From Vitrella brassicaformis CCMP3155 (lineage: Eukaryota > Protista > Chromerida): 64,000 nucleotides of DNA. A program made the position numbers and the translations under genes. Under the pieces are notes generated by a model that saw only the letters and a list, made by a program, of their open reading frames with translations, was not told the DNA's origin and did not search any database. Numbering within the stretch: position 1 is the first letter of the stretch; each line of letters opens with the position of its first letter. This document shows, piece by piece, positions 46,561-59,350 of this stretch. The DNA lies in assembly GCA_001179505.1 (NCBI GenBank), contig CDMY01000347.1, positions 124,001 through 188,000 of the forward strand, read 5' to 3'.

Positions 46561-48295
46561 ATGTCCAGCGCCGCAGATTCATCGAGAGGTAACGGCCCAG
46601 CCTCAGGCACCACCAAGGAGGAGGCTGCCTCACTGCCGCCCCACCCCGCCGCCCTCACCACACGATGCGCAGCCGTTCTGGGAGGCGGCTCGTTCGGGAC
46701 AGCTTTGTCGCAGCTGCTCGCCCGGCAGGGCACTCAGGTGCGGCTGTGGATGCGCGACAAGGCCGTGATAGAGTCCATCAACGAGCGGCATGAGAACCCC
46801 AAGTACCTGGCGGGTCAGAACCTGAGCGAGAAGATCAAGGCCACCAGCTCGGTGGCGGAGGCTGTGAGCGGCGTGGCGGTGGTGCTGCTGGCTGTGCCGA
46901 CGGCCTACTTCAGGGGCTTCCTTTTGGAGCACATGAGTGTCCTGCCTGTCGGTGTGCCGCTCATATGCTGCTCAAAGGGCATTGAGAACGACACGTAAGC
47001 ATCTGCCATCGATCTACTCACACACAGCGGAAACAGAGAGGACCGCGTCATTGCGTTGTGTGTGTTTGTGTGTGTGTGGTTGATGGTATCAGGCTGTTGA
47101 CCCCGTTTGAGATAATGGAGTATGAGCTGCCGGGCAAGTATCACCGCTACATCGTGGTGCTGTCCGGCCCCTCCTTCGCCAAGGAGGTCATCAACGGCAA
47201 GCCGACCAGCGTCACCATCGCCGCCCGCGACCCCGCCATCGCCAAGCTGGCGCAGTACTACGTGTCAGACAAGCTCTTCCGAGCATACAGGTCCACAGAC
47301 GTCATCGGCGTCGAAATCTGCGGCGCCATCAAGAACGTATACGGTGCGCAGAGAGCGCCTGCCTGCTGCTAGCATGATGAATGAGCACATCCCATTCCTG
47401 TGTGGGCGCGTGTGTGTGTGTGTTTTGTAGCGATAGCAGCCGGTGCGTGTGACGGGTGTGACTTCGGCTTCGACGGTCGTGCGGCGATGATCACCCGCGG
47501 GCTGGCGGAGATAGCGCGTCTGGCGGTGATCAAGGGGGCAAATCCCCTGACCATCAGCGGCCTGGCCGGCGTCGGCGACCTGGTGCTCACCTGCACGGGC
47601 AACCTATCGAGGAACTGGCAGGTGAGAAAGAGAGAGAGAGGGTACTAGGAGGGAGGGGCGGAAGCCATGTCAGTCACACGTGTTTGTGTTGCGTGTGTTA
47701 GGTGGGCAATCGGCTTGCCCAGGGGGAGAAGCTGGAGGACGTCATCAAGTCCATGAAGATGGTAAGTAACTAACCCTTACACAGCCGGGCAGGCCAGCAG
47801 CAAAGAGAAACAAACGGGACACACGGGGCATCTCTCTCTCTCTCTCTCTCTGTATGTGTGTGTGTGTGTGTGCCATGCCCCCCCATACCGTTCATGGTGT
47901 GTGTGTGTCAGGTGGCCGAGGGCGTCAACACGGCCAAGTCGCTGATGCAGATGGTGAAGAAGTACAACATCGAAATGCCCATCGCTGAAGAAGTCTACAA
48001 GGTACTAGCGCACACCAACTCACCCATCATCCATCCATCCACCCATACGCAGGTGCTCTATGAGGGCAAGTCGATAGAGGAGGCCATGAACAGCCTCTCA
48101 TCACGCGCACTCGGCGAGGAGATCGATGACACGGTCAAGGAGGTGGTAGGTCTCCCGGCCGGCCCATCCGCCCCTGTGGTGGCTCGCCAAGCCGGCTCCG
48201 GGCTGCGGCAGTCGTCCCTTACGCTGCCTGGCGCTGGGGGGATCGGTGTAGACGACCAGCACACGCCCAGCAAGCTTGTCGAGCACCTCCCGTGA
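46561..48295 (+). CDS. gpsA: NAD(P)H-dependent glycerol-3-phosphate dehydrogenase, GpsA type
   Basis: [79 protein letters not shown] and EMPI. Confidence 0.96.
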
Positions 48296-48888
48296 CGTGA
48301 GTGACGTGGAGCGAGCGGAGAGATATGTGGTGTGGCCTATTTGTCGAATTTCTCATTGTGGGCCCTCTTCTTTCTGGTTGGTTGGTTGTGTCCTGTCGTG
48401 TGCCTCGGTCGGCATCTGGGAGTGTGTATTGTAAGCTGAGGTAGATATTTGAGGTGGGTGTGCGGGCGGGCCTTTCGGTGTGTGTGTGTCTGTCGGTCTG
48501 TCCGCACACGCATGCGTCCCGATCTCTCGAGATGGCGACACACCTCCGCTGGTCGATAGGTGGAGGTGTGTCTCGTCAGAGCAGTGGGGATGGATGCTGT
48601 GCGGACCGTGACACACCAGCTTAAGACAGACCATCAAGGCGTGTGGAGTGGGATGCACCTGTCTGTCAGCAAATATCATCTCTGTCACTACAGATTTACA
48701 GGTTGCAGCGGCCGAAATAGTATTCAATAATCTGAAGGGAGGTGTCTATCTCGCGGAATCCTTCTCGAGAGCGGCTGGATGGAGAGAGCTGTCCTTTGTC
48801 TTCCGCACATATCCCGTCTACCAGCAGCCGCAGCATTCCAGCGTGATTATTTGTGAGGTATAGTAGGGTTTCCTTGTGGCGCATATTG

Positions 48889-50363
48889 ATGGCCCTCTCG
48901 TTCGCCGCCGTCGTCCTGCTGCTCCTCCTCCTCCTCTCGCCCGCCTGCGCCCAGCTGCCCGGCGCCAACACCACCGACGCTGCCATCGACCTGATCCGGG
49001 CGATATACAACAAGACAGTGGACATGGAAAACGAGCTGCTCGACTTCTGGCTCCAGTTTGGGCCGGACGGACCGATAGACAAACCGGGCAGCTTCTACGG
49101 AGAGATCGACGAGAACGGCGTTGGCAAGGAGAACAGCAACAAGTATCTGCAGCAGCAGGCCAGGCACCTTTGGACTTTCTCGACGGCGTACGCGATGAGG
49201 GCGGAGAGGCGGACCGACGAGGTGGCCAATCTGATGAAGCGGCAGATGGAGTTTATGCGCGACAGTTTTTGGGACGATGACGCCAAATTCTTCAACTAAA
49301 TGGTGCGGGCATGTCGCTTGACGCCCACCTCCCAGAAGCACACGCCATGCACTTGCCCTTCCTGTTGTGTGGGTCGACCTGCAGATGTCTGCAGATGGCA
49401 ACCCTGTCAGCCCGGCAAAGAAGGTCTACGAGAATGCCTTTGCGATTTATGGCCTCTCAGCGTTTGCCATGGCCTTCAAGCTCCGATTCAGCGATCTTGC
49501 AGAGCAGGCCGAGACGCTCGCCATGGCCGTCTACCGCACCCTGAGGACCGAATTCGCGGAGCCCACACATGGCGGCTACAAGGACACTATGTGTGGGCGG
49601 TGTAAGGGCCTCGACACCCACTTACACCTACTTGAGGCTTTCGCGCAGCTCTATGTGCTCACGGGAGACGCGGACGTTTTGGCCTCGGTCGACGAGCTTT
49701 ATGCCATCCACTTGGACCATATTCTCGCGGGCGAGTACTGTAAGACACACAGGATGACCACTTGTCCGCTCGTGTGTGTTTGGTATGTGTTCTGCCAATG
49801 GTGCAGGCATCGAGTACATGAACGACGACTGGACCCCCGCCAGTTCCAACACCTACGGCGTCTACGGGCACTGCTTCGAGGTCTCCTGCCTCTTGCTCGA
49901 CAGCGCCCGCCTCATCCACAGAGAGTACGAGGGCCTCAGGGAAGCCCTCCTTAAAGTCGGGGAGTACCACAGCAAAGAGGCCTACGACGCCGAGAGAGGC
50001 GGCTTCTACAACACCTTTGTCATCGCCAACCCTGCGCAGAAGGACACCACCAAGATCTGGTGGGTGCAGGCCGAGGCGCTCCCGGGCCTCTGGAACATGT
50101 ACGTCGAGACGGGCGATGTCGAGCACCTGAGGCGGCTGCTGGGCATGGTCGAGTACATCGAAAAGTACCAGAGAGTGAGCGAGACGGTGGGCGAGTGGTG
50201 GGAGGAGACCGACGAGACCGGCAAGGTGGTGCTGGACAAGAAGCGCCTGTCGCACGAGTGGAAGAGCAGCTACCACACGTCAAGAGCCCTGCTGTTCCTC
50301 AACTACTGGATCAGCAAGACGGGTGTGGTCGACCTATCACACCCCTCACAAAGAGTCAGCTAA
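48889..50363 (+). CDS. AGE/cellobiose 2-epimerase family protein with signal peptide, possibly a pseudogene (in-frame TAA at 49297-49299)
   Basis: Signal-like MALSFAAVVLLLLLLSPACA, then ENELLDFW, QQARHLWTFS, YENAFAIYGLS, THLHLLEAF, GHCFEVS, KIWWVQAEA and WKSSYHTSRA (all three catalytic-type His present). The stop lies inside the first exon, just before the 49303-49384 intron. Confidence 0.85.
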
Positions 50364-51221
50364 GCGGCTCTTTGCTAAGCGGCTCTTTGCTGACTGACTG
50401 ACAAGGGGATTGAGCAGGCCGTTGTCTCATCTGTCCAACGACGCAGCGCGCGCGAGAATGGGTTGTGGTTAGTTGTCAGTGAGTGAATGAGTGCTGGTGG
50501 ATGATTTGTCAGTTGATTGATGCGACGACATGTGATGTGTAGCGGTGATCGATCCAGCCAGCCAGTGTCTGCATGTGTATTTGGTTGTCGTCTCTCGGCA
50601 GGCTGCATGCCTTGCCTTGCCTTGCCTTAATTGTGGTTGCGTCACGTTCATTCCATCTGTGTGTTTACCAGCGGGCGGGACACGCGACACACGTGGACAC
50701 GTGCGGGCGGCTGGTTGTGTTTCAATTCTGCCTGCCTGCCTACCAGACTATGCGTATGTGCGTGTTTGTCTGTCTGTTTGTCTGACGCACGTGTGAAATT
50801 TAGGACCGTTCTATGAGAGTTTGTGAGGTGCCTTCATGGCCCCAGACCACACCGCCAGCACAAAGGCGATGAAGGACAGCGACAGAGACAGAGATGGATG
50901 GATGGATGGATGGTGGGGATGTCTAATTTGGACCTACGGGACAGATACACATGTAGCTAGGTTTATTAGTACAGGAGTTTTGTCCGTCCGCCCGTGCGTG
51001 CGTGCGTGTGCCCATGACGGTTGGCCCCTCTCTGCCTTTGTCTGTCTGTCTGGTCGAATCGAACTCATATTGACCCACAGCCAAGCAGCGGGAAGCTTCA
51101 CACCGATGTGCGCATTCACAAATGTGTCTGTGAATCCAATATATATCCTTCACCCACTGAGTCCCTCTGCCCTGCCACACCCACAATCCTCCATCCATCC
51201 ATCCATTGCTCATTCACTCAC

Positions 51222-54200
51222 TCAGTCATCCCTCTGCTGCTGTCTGTCTGCCCCCCTGCCCCCACCCCCTGCCCGCCACTTGCTCATGTAGATGGTGAGC
51301 GCGTCGCAGAAGAGCGTCTCCAGAAGCTCCCGCGCCCTCGTGTCGCCGCCCTCATCCTCAGTCAGACCAGACGCCACACGCACCTTCAGCACATCCCCGC
51401 AGAAACGGGGAACCTGACACACACGTTGGTTGACACACGCCACACAACACGCAACGCATTGCAGTGAATGAAGAGTGAAAGTTGTTTGGTTGCATTGGTT
51501 GCTGGCTGTCTCTTGCCTCGTCAGCGGTGTAGGGGAGTGTGTTGTCGAGTCGCTGTGCGCACTGCTCCACCCACTGGTGCACCGCTCGACACGAGTACGG
51601 CACGCGCAACGCCGGCAGCGGGCCGGGGTGGGCAGCTTGGGGCGACTTGGGAGGACTGTTCAGCGGGACACACAGTACATCAACACAGCCACGCATCCAT
51701 CCATCCACAGCGATGTGGCCATCTCCCCCCGTCTGTGTGTGTACCTGATTGTCTTGGGTTTGGGAGGACTCCCAGTGGTCTTCGCCTTTGCCTTTGCCTT
51801 GGCCGCCACCCCTCTGTCCTCCTTTGCTGGCGGCTGTGGCCACTTGGCGCCCCTGACGGCCCCGACAGCCTGCCTGAGTCGCCTCTCCCACAAGTAGAAG
51901 GGCACCGGCCCGTCGGGCCCCTCCACAGCCACCACACCCACGCCATGACGACCCGCCAGCAGATTGCGCACCAGGCGGTGTGCGGCCGACTCCACGGTTG
52001 CTGTGGCGGTGCTCTCGTCTGCTGTGATTGCTGGGTGGTGGTCTGATTCGGGCAGGGAGAGCTCTCCGCCGAGGAGGCGCAGCTTCTGGTAGGTGAAGAG
52101 GAGGGCGTGGAATAGGCGGCCGAAGTGCTGCCGGGTGAGCTTCATCGACTCGCACAACAGGGCGGTGTTGCCCTCTATCGCTCCAGGCAGCTGACAGGCA
52201 AGACACACACTTACCACGTCACGTGAGCATTTTGGCCGCTTGTCTGTGTGTCTGTCTGTACCTGTGAGATGTCTATGGATTCCCCGTCATCGCGATAGAA
52301 GTGCAGGAAATACTTGGTAATCCGGTATCGCAGCTCCACACACAGCCGCTGCACCGCCTGCCTCGCCGCAGCAAACTCATCACCCACCCCCTCTCCCTCT
52401 CCCCCCCTGAGAAACATCCGCGCCTCGACCTCCTGCTCACGCAGCACCTCCCCCGCCATGAGGGCCTCCCACCGCCGCCGCATCCCACGCCACGCCAGCC
52501 GCAGCCACCGCGCCGCCACACGCCTCTCGCGCAGTGCACGGTCGTATCGGTCGACCGTCCTGCCGACGATGGCGCCCATCTCCTCTGCCGTGACGACACT
52601 GCGCGAAGGGGCCTCCAGCCGCTGCTGCTGGACTGGTGGTGGTGGGGGTGCCTTTGGTGACGTTTGTGTGTGTCGTGCGCCCGTGGGTGTGCGAGGGAGG
52701 TCTGCGGTAGACGTGTGCTGGGGGCGTGTGGCGGGGAGAGGGGCTGCCGGGGGCGTCGTGGGGCGGGCAGGGGGAGGGGCTGGAGGGGACGGCTCGGTGG
52801 TCGCACGCCAGCTGCACACAGGTAGGCGCGGAAAGACAGAGGGTGGGGTGACGGAAATGGCGTGTCACGTGTTGTGTGCTCTCATGCTGTCTCACTTTTG
52901 GAATGCTTTGCTCATGACCATTTGGCGGCACTGGGATAGCTCACTCTGACGCGTGCCGATGAGCGCCAACAGCCGCATCTGCACACACACAACAGAATGG
53001 GCGGCCAGGGCCTCACCATCGATCAACCACATCCCAACACACCTGTTTGGCGTTTGTTTCCTGCACCAGCCGCTGCAGCTCATCGTCCTTGGCCTTCAAC
53101 TGGGCCCTCAACAAATCCAACTCGGCCTGACGAGCACCGATGTCGCCCTCTTGCCTGCAAATCCCAACCCGCCACACAACACACTTGGTGCTTCCTTCCT
53201 TCCTCCAGGCATCCAAGGTTGCGTGTGCGTACGTGTTGATGGTGGTCTTGACGGTGCTGACACGTGTGTCGGTCTGCACCTCGGGGGCCTTGATGACGAT
53301 GGGCTGCTTCTGCTGGCCGAGAAGCGCCTTGAGCCGCTCTATCTCGTCAAGCGCACACTTGAGGTCGCACTCCTTGCGACCCAGGGCCTTTTCCAACGCT
53401 TCCCTGCACACACACACACGCACACACACACACACACAAAGGTGGTTGCGTGAGTCTGGGGTACTTGCTGTGTAGTCACTTGTCTGTGCGGAGTTCCTCG
53501 ACTTTGGCTTTGAGCTCGTGTATCTCCGCCCTCAGCTGCCACTCGATCGTGAGGCGCTGCTCAAGCTGCTCCTGGTAACTGCGCGACAACTCCTGGTAAC
53601 GCGCCACCTGTGCTCACACAGACAGACAGAGGGAGGGGCGTAATGGTGAGAGGGTGCTGTTGGTTGCTGTGGTGGGGTGGCGTACGTCGGTGTGTTTGAT
53701 GGCGATTTCTGCTCTGAGTTCCCTCTCCATTTGGTCCTTGTCCATCCTCAGCTGCTGACCACGGCGCTTCTCGCCATCCAACTCAGCCTCACTGCAGCCC
53801 AGACAACACAGGCGGACAGACAAGAGATGAGCCGCGTGGATGGTGCGCTTGCTCTCTGTCTGTCTGTCTGTCTGTCTGTGTGTCTGTGTGTGTGCGTGTG
53901 GTGACTTACACTTTGGCCTTGTCGGCTTCCGTGCTGCTGAGCTTGTCCTGCAAAGACAGCCGCTGCTGCCTTGACGCCTCCAAATCCTGCAGACACGTAT
54001 CCACTTGAGGCATGCTCCTCTCCATTTCTCCTCGAGTGGGTCTCACTCTCACCTACCTTATTGAGTTGGTTGATCTGTCTGTGCAGTGCGTCGATCTCGC
54101 TTCGCAGCTTGTCATACCTGGCCTGCTCCCTATCCCGCGCCAGGCGCTCGTCGAGGAGCAGCCGGGCCTTCTCCTCCTGCAGCTTGGCGACGGCATCCTG

Positions 54201-55155
54201 CTGACCCTTCAGCTGCTCACTCATGCTAGAACGAATGCGATCTGACACCTAACACACACACATACACATACACATACATACACACATTCACCTGTGTGTG
54301 GTGAGAGTGTGTGTGTGTGGTGGGGGTGCAGGGGGTACCCTGAGATCTTCCTGCAGGCTATGGCATGCGAGGCAGGTGACGTGCAGGTTGGTGTGGAGGT
54401 TGTCGGCCAGCGCCGTCCCGCGGACAGCGTGCAGCGCCAAACGGCGGTTCTCGTCACTGATTGCAGCCAGGCAGTGAGAGAGGGACGGGACCACACATCA
54501 CATCACACCGCATTCACACACGCGTGTTGATGTGTTGCCGCCTACGTGAGGAGCTGGTTGTTGGCCTGGGAGAGGCCTTCCTTCGTCTGGGCAGCCTGTC
54601 AGTCAATCAATGCATGGTGCGCGTGTGTGTGATGATTGAGAGGCATTCATGGTGTGCATGCTTTGTCAGCTGACAGTGAGCTGCTCGAGCAGTTTGGTGT
54701 TCTGCATCTCCAGCTCCTTTACGGCATACTGACTCGCCAACTCCTGAATTGAATGATGGATGCATCACACACCACACCACACAACAATACACACCAAGTG
54801 ACACTGATGGATGACTGACCTGGTTGTCCAGCAGCCCCGCATGGTGCCTCACGCCCTCGGCAAAGTGCTGCCGGCTCTGCAGAGCAGACAACACACACAG
54901 CGTCACCGGCAGAGCGGCATGCATCCATTGGGAGCCCTTTCTCATCCCATCCCCCAAACTCACCCTCTGTAATGCGTCGGCTTCATTCCTCCTGTCGTCC
55001 TCCAGTTGCTTCCTGGCCTCCTGCTGCAGCCGCTGGAGGTCCTGGTAGGCATCGTCTCTCGTCCTGAGCGCGTCGAGGAGCGGCACGACCTCTGCGCCCG
55101 TCGAGGGTTCGGGGATGGACGGACGCAGAGACTCGTACTGACTCGAAGGCTCCAT
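51222..55155 (-). CDS. Large multi-exon coiled-coil protein
   Basis: Heptad-rich exons such as DAYQDLQRLQQEARKQLEDDRR, QQDAVAKLQEEKARLLLDERLARDREQARYDKLRSEIDAL and ELDLLRAQLKAKDDELQRL, separated by GT-AG microsatellite introns. Both ends are approximate. Confidence 0.6.
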
Positions 55156-56012
55156 TGCAAGAGCAAATTGCTCTAAATCAGTTCGGCATCGGGAGAGAGA
55201 AAGGGCTTTCCACTCGCAGGCAGTGTAGGGGTGGACGGCGGAGGAGAAGAACAGGGTTCTGGGGTTAAGGGTATGAAACCCTGAGGTTTGAAACCTAGCG
55301 CCCCCCTGGACTGTTGATTCGTGGCACTGTCCATCAATATTCGATGCGTCGACACAGATCCACGTGGACAGTGTGAAGCACGGCGACACGTACATCTAGC
55401 TACAGAAGGAGAAAGGGTCGGTCGCATCTTTACACACACAAGACGTCTGTCTCTCTCAACTACTTTCCAAAAGCAAGCATTAGCGGCATCAGCGGTTTGG
55501 GCACGTCGTGTGACCCTGCCTACTTCTCCTCCGTCCCTCTCCCCGCGGCTGTGCTGGCCACGACAAGAGAGCCGCACAAGAACAAGGGCAAGTCTCACTC
55601 ATTGCCCGCAACCACTTGCCGAAACCGCTCACTTTGTCCAGAAAAGCCACATCGCACCTAGCTATGCACACACGCGAAAAACCAGGGCCGCCTCGACGGC
55701 CTCGTCTACTCAAGCTACGGCCAGCCGCACAGACACGTAGACAGCCAGATTATTGGAAAATTACGCACGTCCGTGGTGTGCTGTGCTGTGGTGTGCTGTG
55801 GTGTGCCGCCTCCCTGGCTCGCTACTCATGGTCACCCACCAGGAGCCAAAACGAGCGATGACCTACCTACTCACTAACCAGCCACATCGACTAAGACCCA
55901 GCCCACCCAAAGCAGCCAGAGCATCCATTTCTGTATATCTGTCCGTCCGTCCTTCCGTCCGTCCGTCCGTCCGTCTGCGTCTGTCTGCCTGTCTGTCTGT
56001 CTGTGCGTCTGT

Positions 56013-56546
56013 CTAAGATGTGTCGAATCGGATGCAGTAGAAGTGGTCGGCCGTCTCGGCCACCCCCACGCGTGTGTTGCCGTCGTCGTACACCGTCGCC
56101 ACCGCCGTGAAGCTGTCCGGACCCGCCCCGCCCGTCATGCGGCCGATGAGCTCGTCGGACGGCTCCTCACACATGCTGTCGAGCAGCTGGCGGACCGTGT
56201 CGTGTGTGGAGGCGCCGTCGAACTCGGCCGCCTCGCTGTCGTCCCAGCCCTCCTCGTCATCGTCGAGCTCGGCGAACAGCGCATGGACGCCGAAGGAGGT
56301 GAGGGTGTCCTTGGTGAGGTCCTCCAGGGCGGCGAACTCGTCCTTGCCGATCCGACGCACACTGCAGTCGGCGTCGCCGTAGAACTTGGCCTCCGAGCGG
56401 GCGGCGTCCTTGTTGAGGGTCCAGATCTGCTTGAGGGACTTCTTGACCTTGATCTTCTTGCAGTACGCCCCGCAGTTGTCGTGCTTGTCGCCCACCGCAG
56501 CCTTGATGGCAGCGAACTCGTCCTTGAGCGAAGCCGGGCTCACCAT
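56013..56546 (-). CDS. Hypothetical intronless acidic protein (177 aa)
   Basis: ATG at 56546 to TAA at 56013, with strongly GC3-biased codons like those of SPT16. Sequence MVSPASLKDEFAAIK...GVAETADHFYCIRFDTS. Confidence 0.7.
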   Translation of the reverse strand: MVSPASLKDEFAAIKAAVGDKHDNCGAYCKKIKVKKSLKQIWTLNKDAARSEAKFYGDADCSVRRIGKDEFAALEDLTKDTLTSFGVHALFAELDDDEEGWDDSEAAEFDGASTHDTVRQLLDSMCEEPSDELIGRMTGGAGPDSFTAVATVYDDGNTRVGVAETADHFYCIRFDTS

Positions 56547-59350
56547 GACGAAGGGCAGCAATCGGCGAGTGTGGCAAATGGTGGGAATGCGCCGATGGAC
56601 CTGCCGACGAAGGAGCGGACGGGAGGGGTGCAGGAGGGTCGGTAGGTGTGCTGGGACGGCTCCAAGCAAAAAAAATCGCCTCGACCGACTGCGAGTTATG
56701 CCGCGAAGGGGAGTGGAGCGGCGAAAGGCGCGGAGGAGCACAAGCCATTGCTCGAGATCTGTCAGCAGTATCGAGATCTATCCATCATTCTTCTGACCTT
56801 CACTGTCATGAGCTCTTCGTGAAGGCACGCTGAAGGCCTTCCAGACGCCATTGCCTTCACCGGCGCGGCAGCCAGCGAGGCAACGGCCATTCGTCCCTGC
56901 TGGCGGATTCAGTAGTGGCCTGCACGTGCATGAAGCTCCAGAAACTACAGCGGGTGAACCTGCGGCCTGAGGTCCCCACCAGCCCCACACGGCACAATGA
57001 CACGGCACACAGCGCTGACCTGCACACATTCGAGCAGCCAGCCGCCGGGGATCTCTGCTGTCGGGCTGAATGCGGGGCTGCGCATGACTGCAAGTGAGCC
57101 ACTGATGGATGGATGGAAGTGCACTATCCCTGCGTGGCTGATGTTTGTGTCACTGACAGTCAGGAGCCCCTCTGCCGGCCGCGTGCTGCTCGACTCGCCC
57201 ATCGCACCGCACCGCACCCACAAGGACTGAGGAAGAAAGAATTCATGCGGAATATGTCCTGCAGGATCGTGTGGACATGGTGGTGGATGCGGTGGGTGGG
57301 TGGCTGTGCCGACTCGCTCATTTGACCTTGCCCTGCACCTTCACTCGAGCACGTCTGCTACAAAACAGACTGGGCGCAAGTCTCTCTTCCCACACCGACA
57401 CACACAGCACCTGCAGGCTATCTGTGCATGTGTTTGTGTGTGGGTGTGTCACATAGCTGACCTGTGCGATGGATGCAATCCAAATTGAGGCCTCTTCGTG
57501 CGTGCCGACTTCTCGCCGTCGTCGGCGGGTGCCTGCCACATGAATGAATGAACGGGAAGGCGTCATTTGTCGAATTCGCCGTCCTCAGGTGAAAACACCG
57601 ACTGACACACACGTATAGTTTTTGTGTCTACTGTGTGTGCGTGTCAGGGGGGGCACACGGATCTACAACGAGGTCGTGCTCTATTGTACGCCAGAGAAGG
57701 GCATCCTGGTGTGCGCACATGAGAGAGCCGCTAAAACACATCGCATTCACCTGTGTATCGTCATCTGTGAGACGGATATGTGTGTCTTATGCCTTAGACG
57801 TGGAGCATTTCGCGGCCAAGGTCATGGGGGGTCGACTCATCTCGGCTGCGCTGCACAGACAAACCGTGCAGCTGAGATGAGTGACATCGATATTGGGCGT
57901 GTGTGTGTCGGGTGGGTAGATGGACGGATGCCTTAGCCGCTCGTTTTTGGCCGACCTCTTGGCCTCTTTCCTCTCTGTGGTCTCTCTGTGGCCTTTTCCT
58001 CTTGTTGGCCACGGGCAGCAGTCCTCCCTAATAATAAGGCTGCTGACTGCTGCCCGTGGCCATCGGGAGGTCCAGGCTGTGGAGGGGGCCACAAATAGAT
58101 GGGCAGACGTATTTATTGGAAGAAGTACGTGTGCATGTGTGAATGGATGGATGGTAGCGGTTCGTCAGGGGTCAGTTATTGTAGTGGATGGAGAGGCAGA
58201 GCTGTGAATATATCGGAGGTGTGCCATGTGTCAGTGTAGTGTGTGTCAGTCAGCGGACTGTTGGCCGTATGGTTGGGAGAGTGGTAGATGTCAGACGCTC
58301 TAACATCTACCACTCTCCCAACTATACGGCCAACAGTTTGCTGACTGACTGTGTGTGTGTGTTTGCGTGAATCGATCGATGGCTTAATTGAATGCCTGCA
58401 CGCATGTATGTAGTCAAGCCACATGATACAATTTGGATAACCGGATGCACAGGCATACACACCTCAGCCCACAAACACACACACTTTCATATGCACCACA
58501 CATGACATTTTTCGCCGCAATCATCCTGCCCCCCAACATGCAAGGCCCTGCATGACTCCTCAAAGCGGATTCTTTCCATCCCTTTCGGGGGCATGCTGGG
58601 GATACAGCTTCTCCTTGACATTCTGTTGCATCCCCTGCTTTCACCTCTCACCTACAGTGGCGTACAACCTCTCTCTGTGTCTGTCGGTCAAAGGGGATGG
58701 ATGCCGTTGGTGGTCATTGGCGGAAAAAGGCTGGAAATCACTTGTCTCGCACTTGAGGCTTTGACACTGACCATTGGGGCTCCCTCCCTGCCAACGACCC
58801 ACCCATCCATCAATTTGTCTCGATGCGTGTGTGTGTGTGTGTATGTTCAGGCAATGGATGCGGGGCCACTCCGTCTCAGATGCATGCAGTGCAAGGGCGG
58901 CAAATCAGACACAGTACATGTGCCTGTGAGAGCCTTGCTTCGCCTTGTCTTGGCTGCTGCGGCTCGCCCGCAATGAAAGAACCGATGATGACGAGTAACG
59001 ACCAATCAATTGCGACCAATGACGAGACACATCGCTTTGAGTCATACACACATAGAGAACCATTCTTTGACTTGTTTCGCACACGTGGCAAAGCTCCACG
59101 CATCCATCCGTGGACGATGAGTTGGCGCGGGAGACAAAACGGCACGAGCTCGCACATCTTCCTTCGCGATCTTTCTCGTGCGTGGCGAAGGAGTCGCTTT
59201 GAAGGCCTTTCTCCCCACAGTTAGCTTCTCTAACGTTCCCATATCACACACAGATCGAAAGGTAAGAGAAGAGGGCGAGGGGGGTTGACTAGAGCTCGCA
59301 CGCCTCTCTGACTCCCCTTTCCGCTCCTTCCTCCATCCCACAGCGAAGAC

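Noticed and set aside
25500-49299. Stop-codon reassignment to explain the in-frame stops in the Helitron and epimerase
   Set aside because: All three stop types occur among the lesions, and intact genes here terminate normally with TGA (SPT16, PRMT5-like), TAG (cyclase-like) and TAA (56013 ORF). Decay is the simpler explanation.
56800-59300. Many short ORFs between the orphan ORF and the membrane protein
   Set aside because: No consistent codon bias, family motif or coherent exon chain. Treated as intergenic or UTR sequence.
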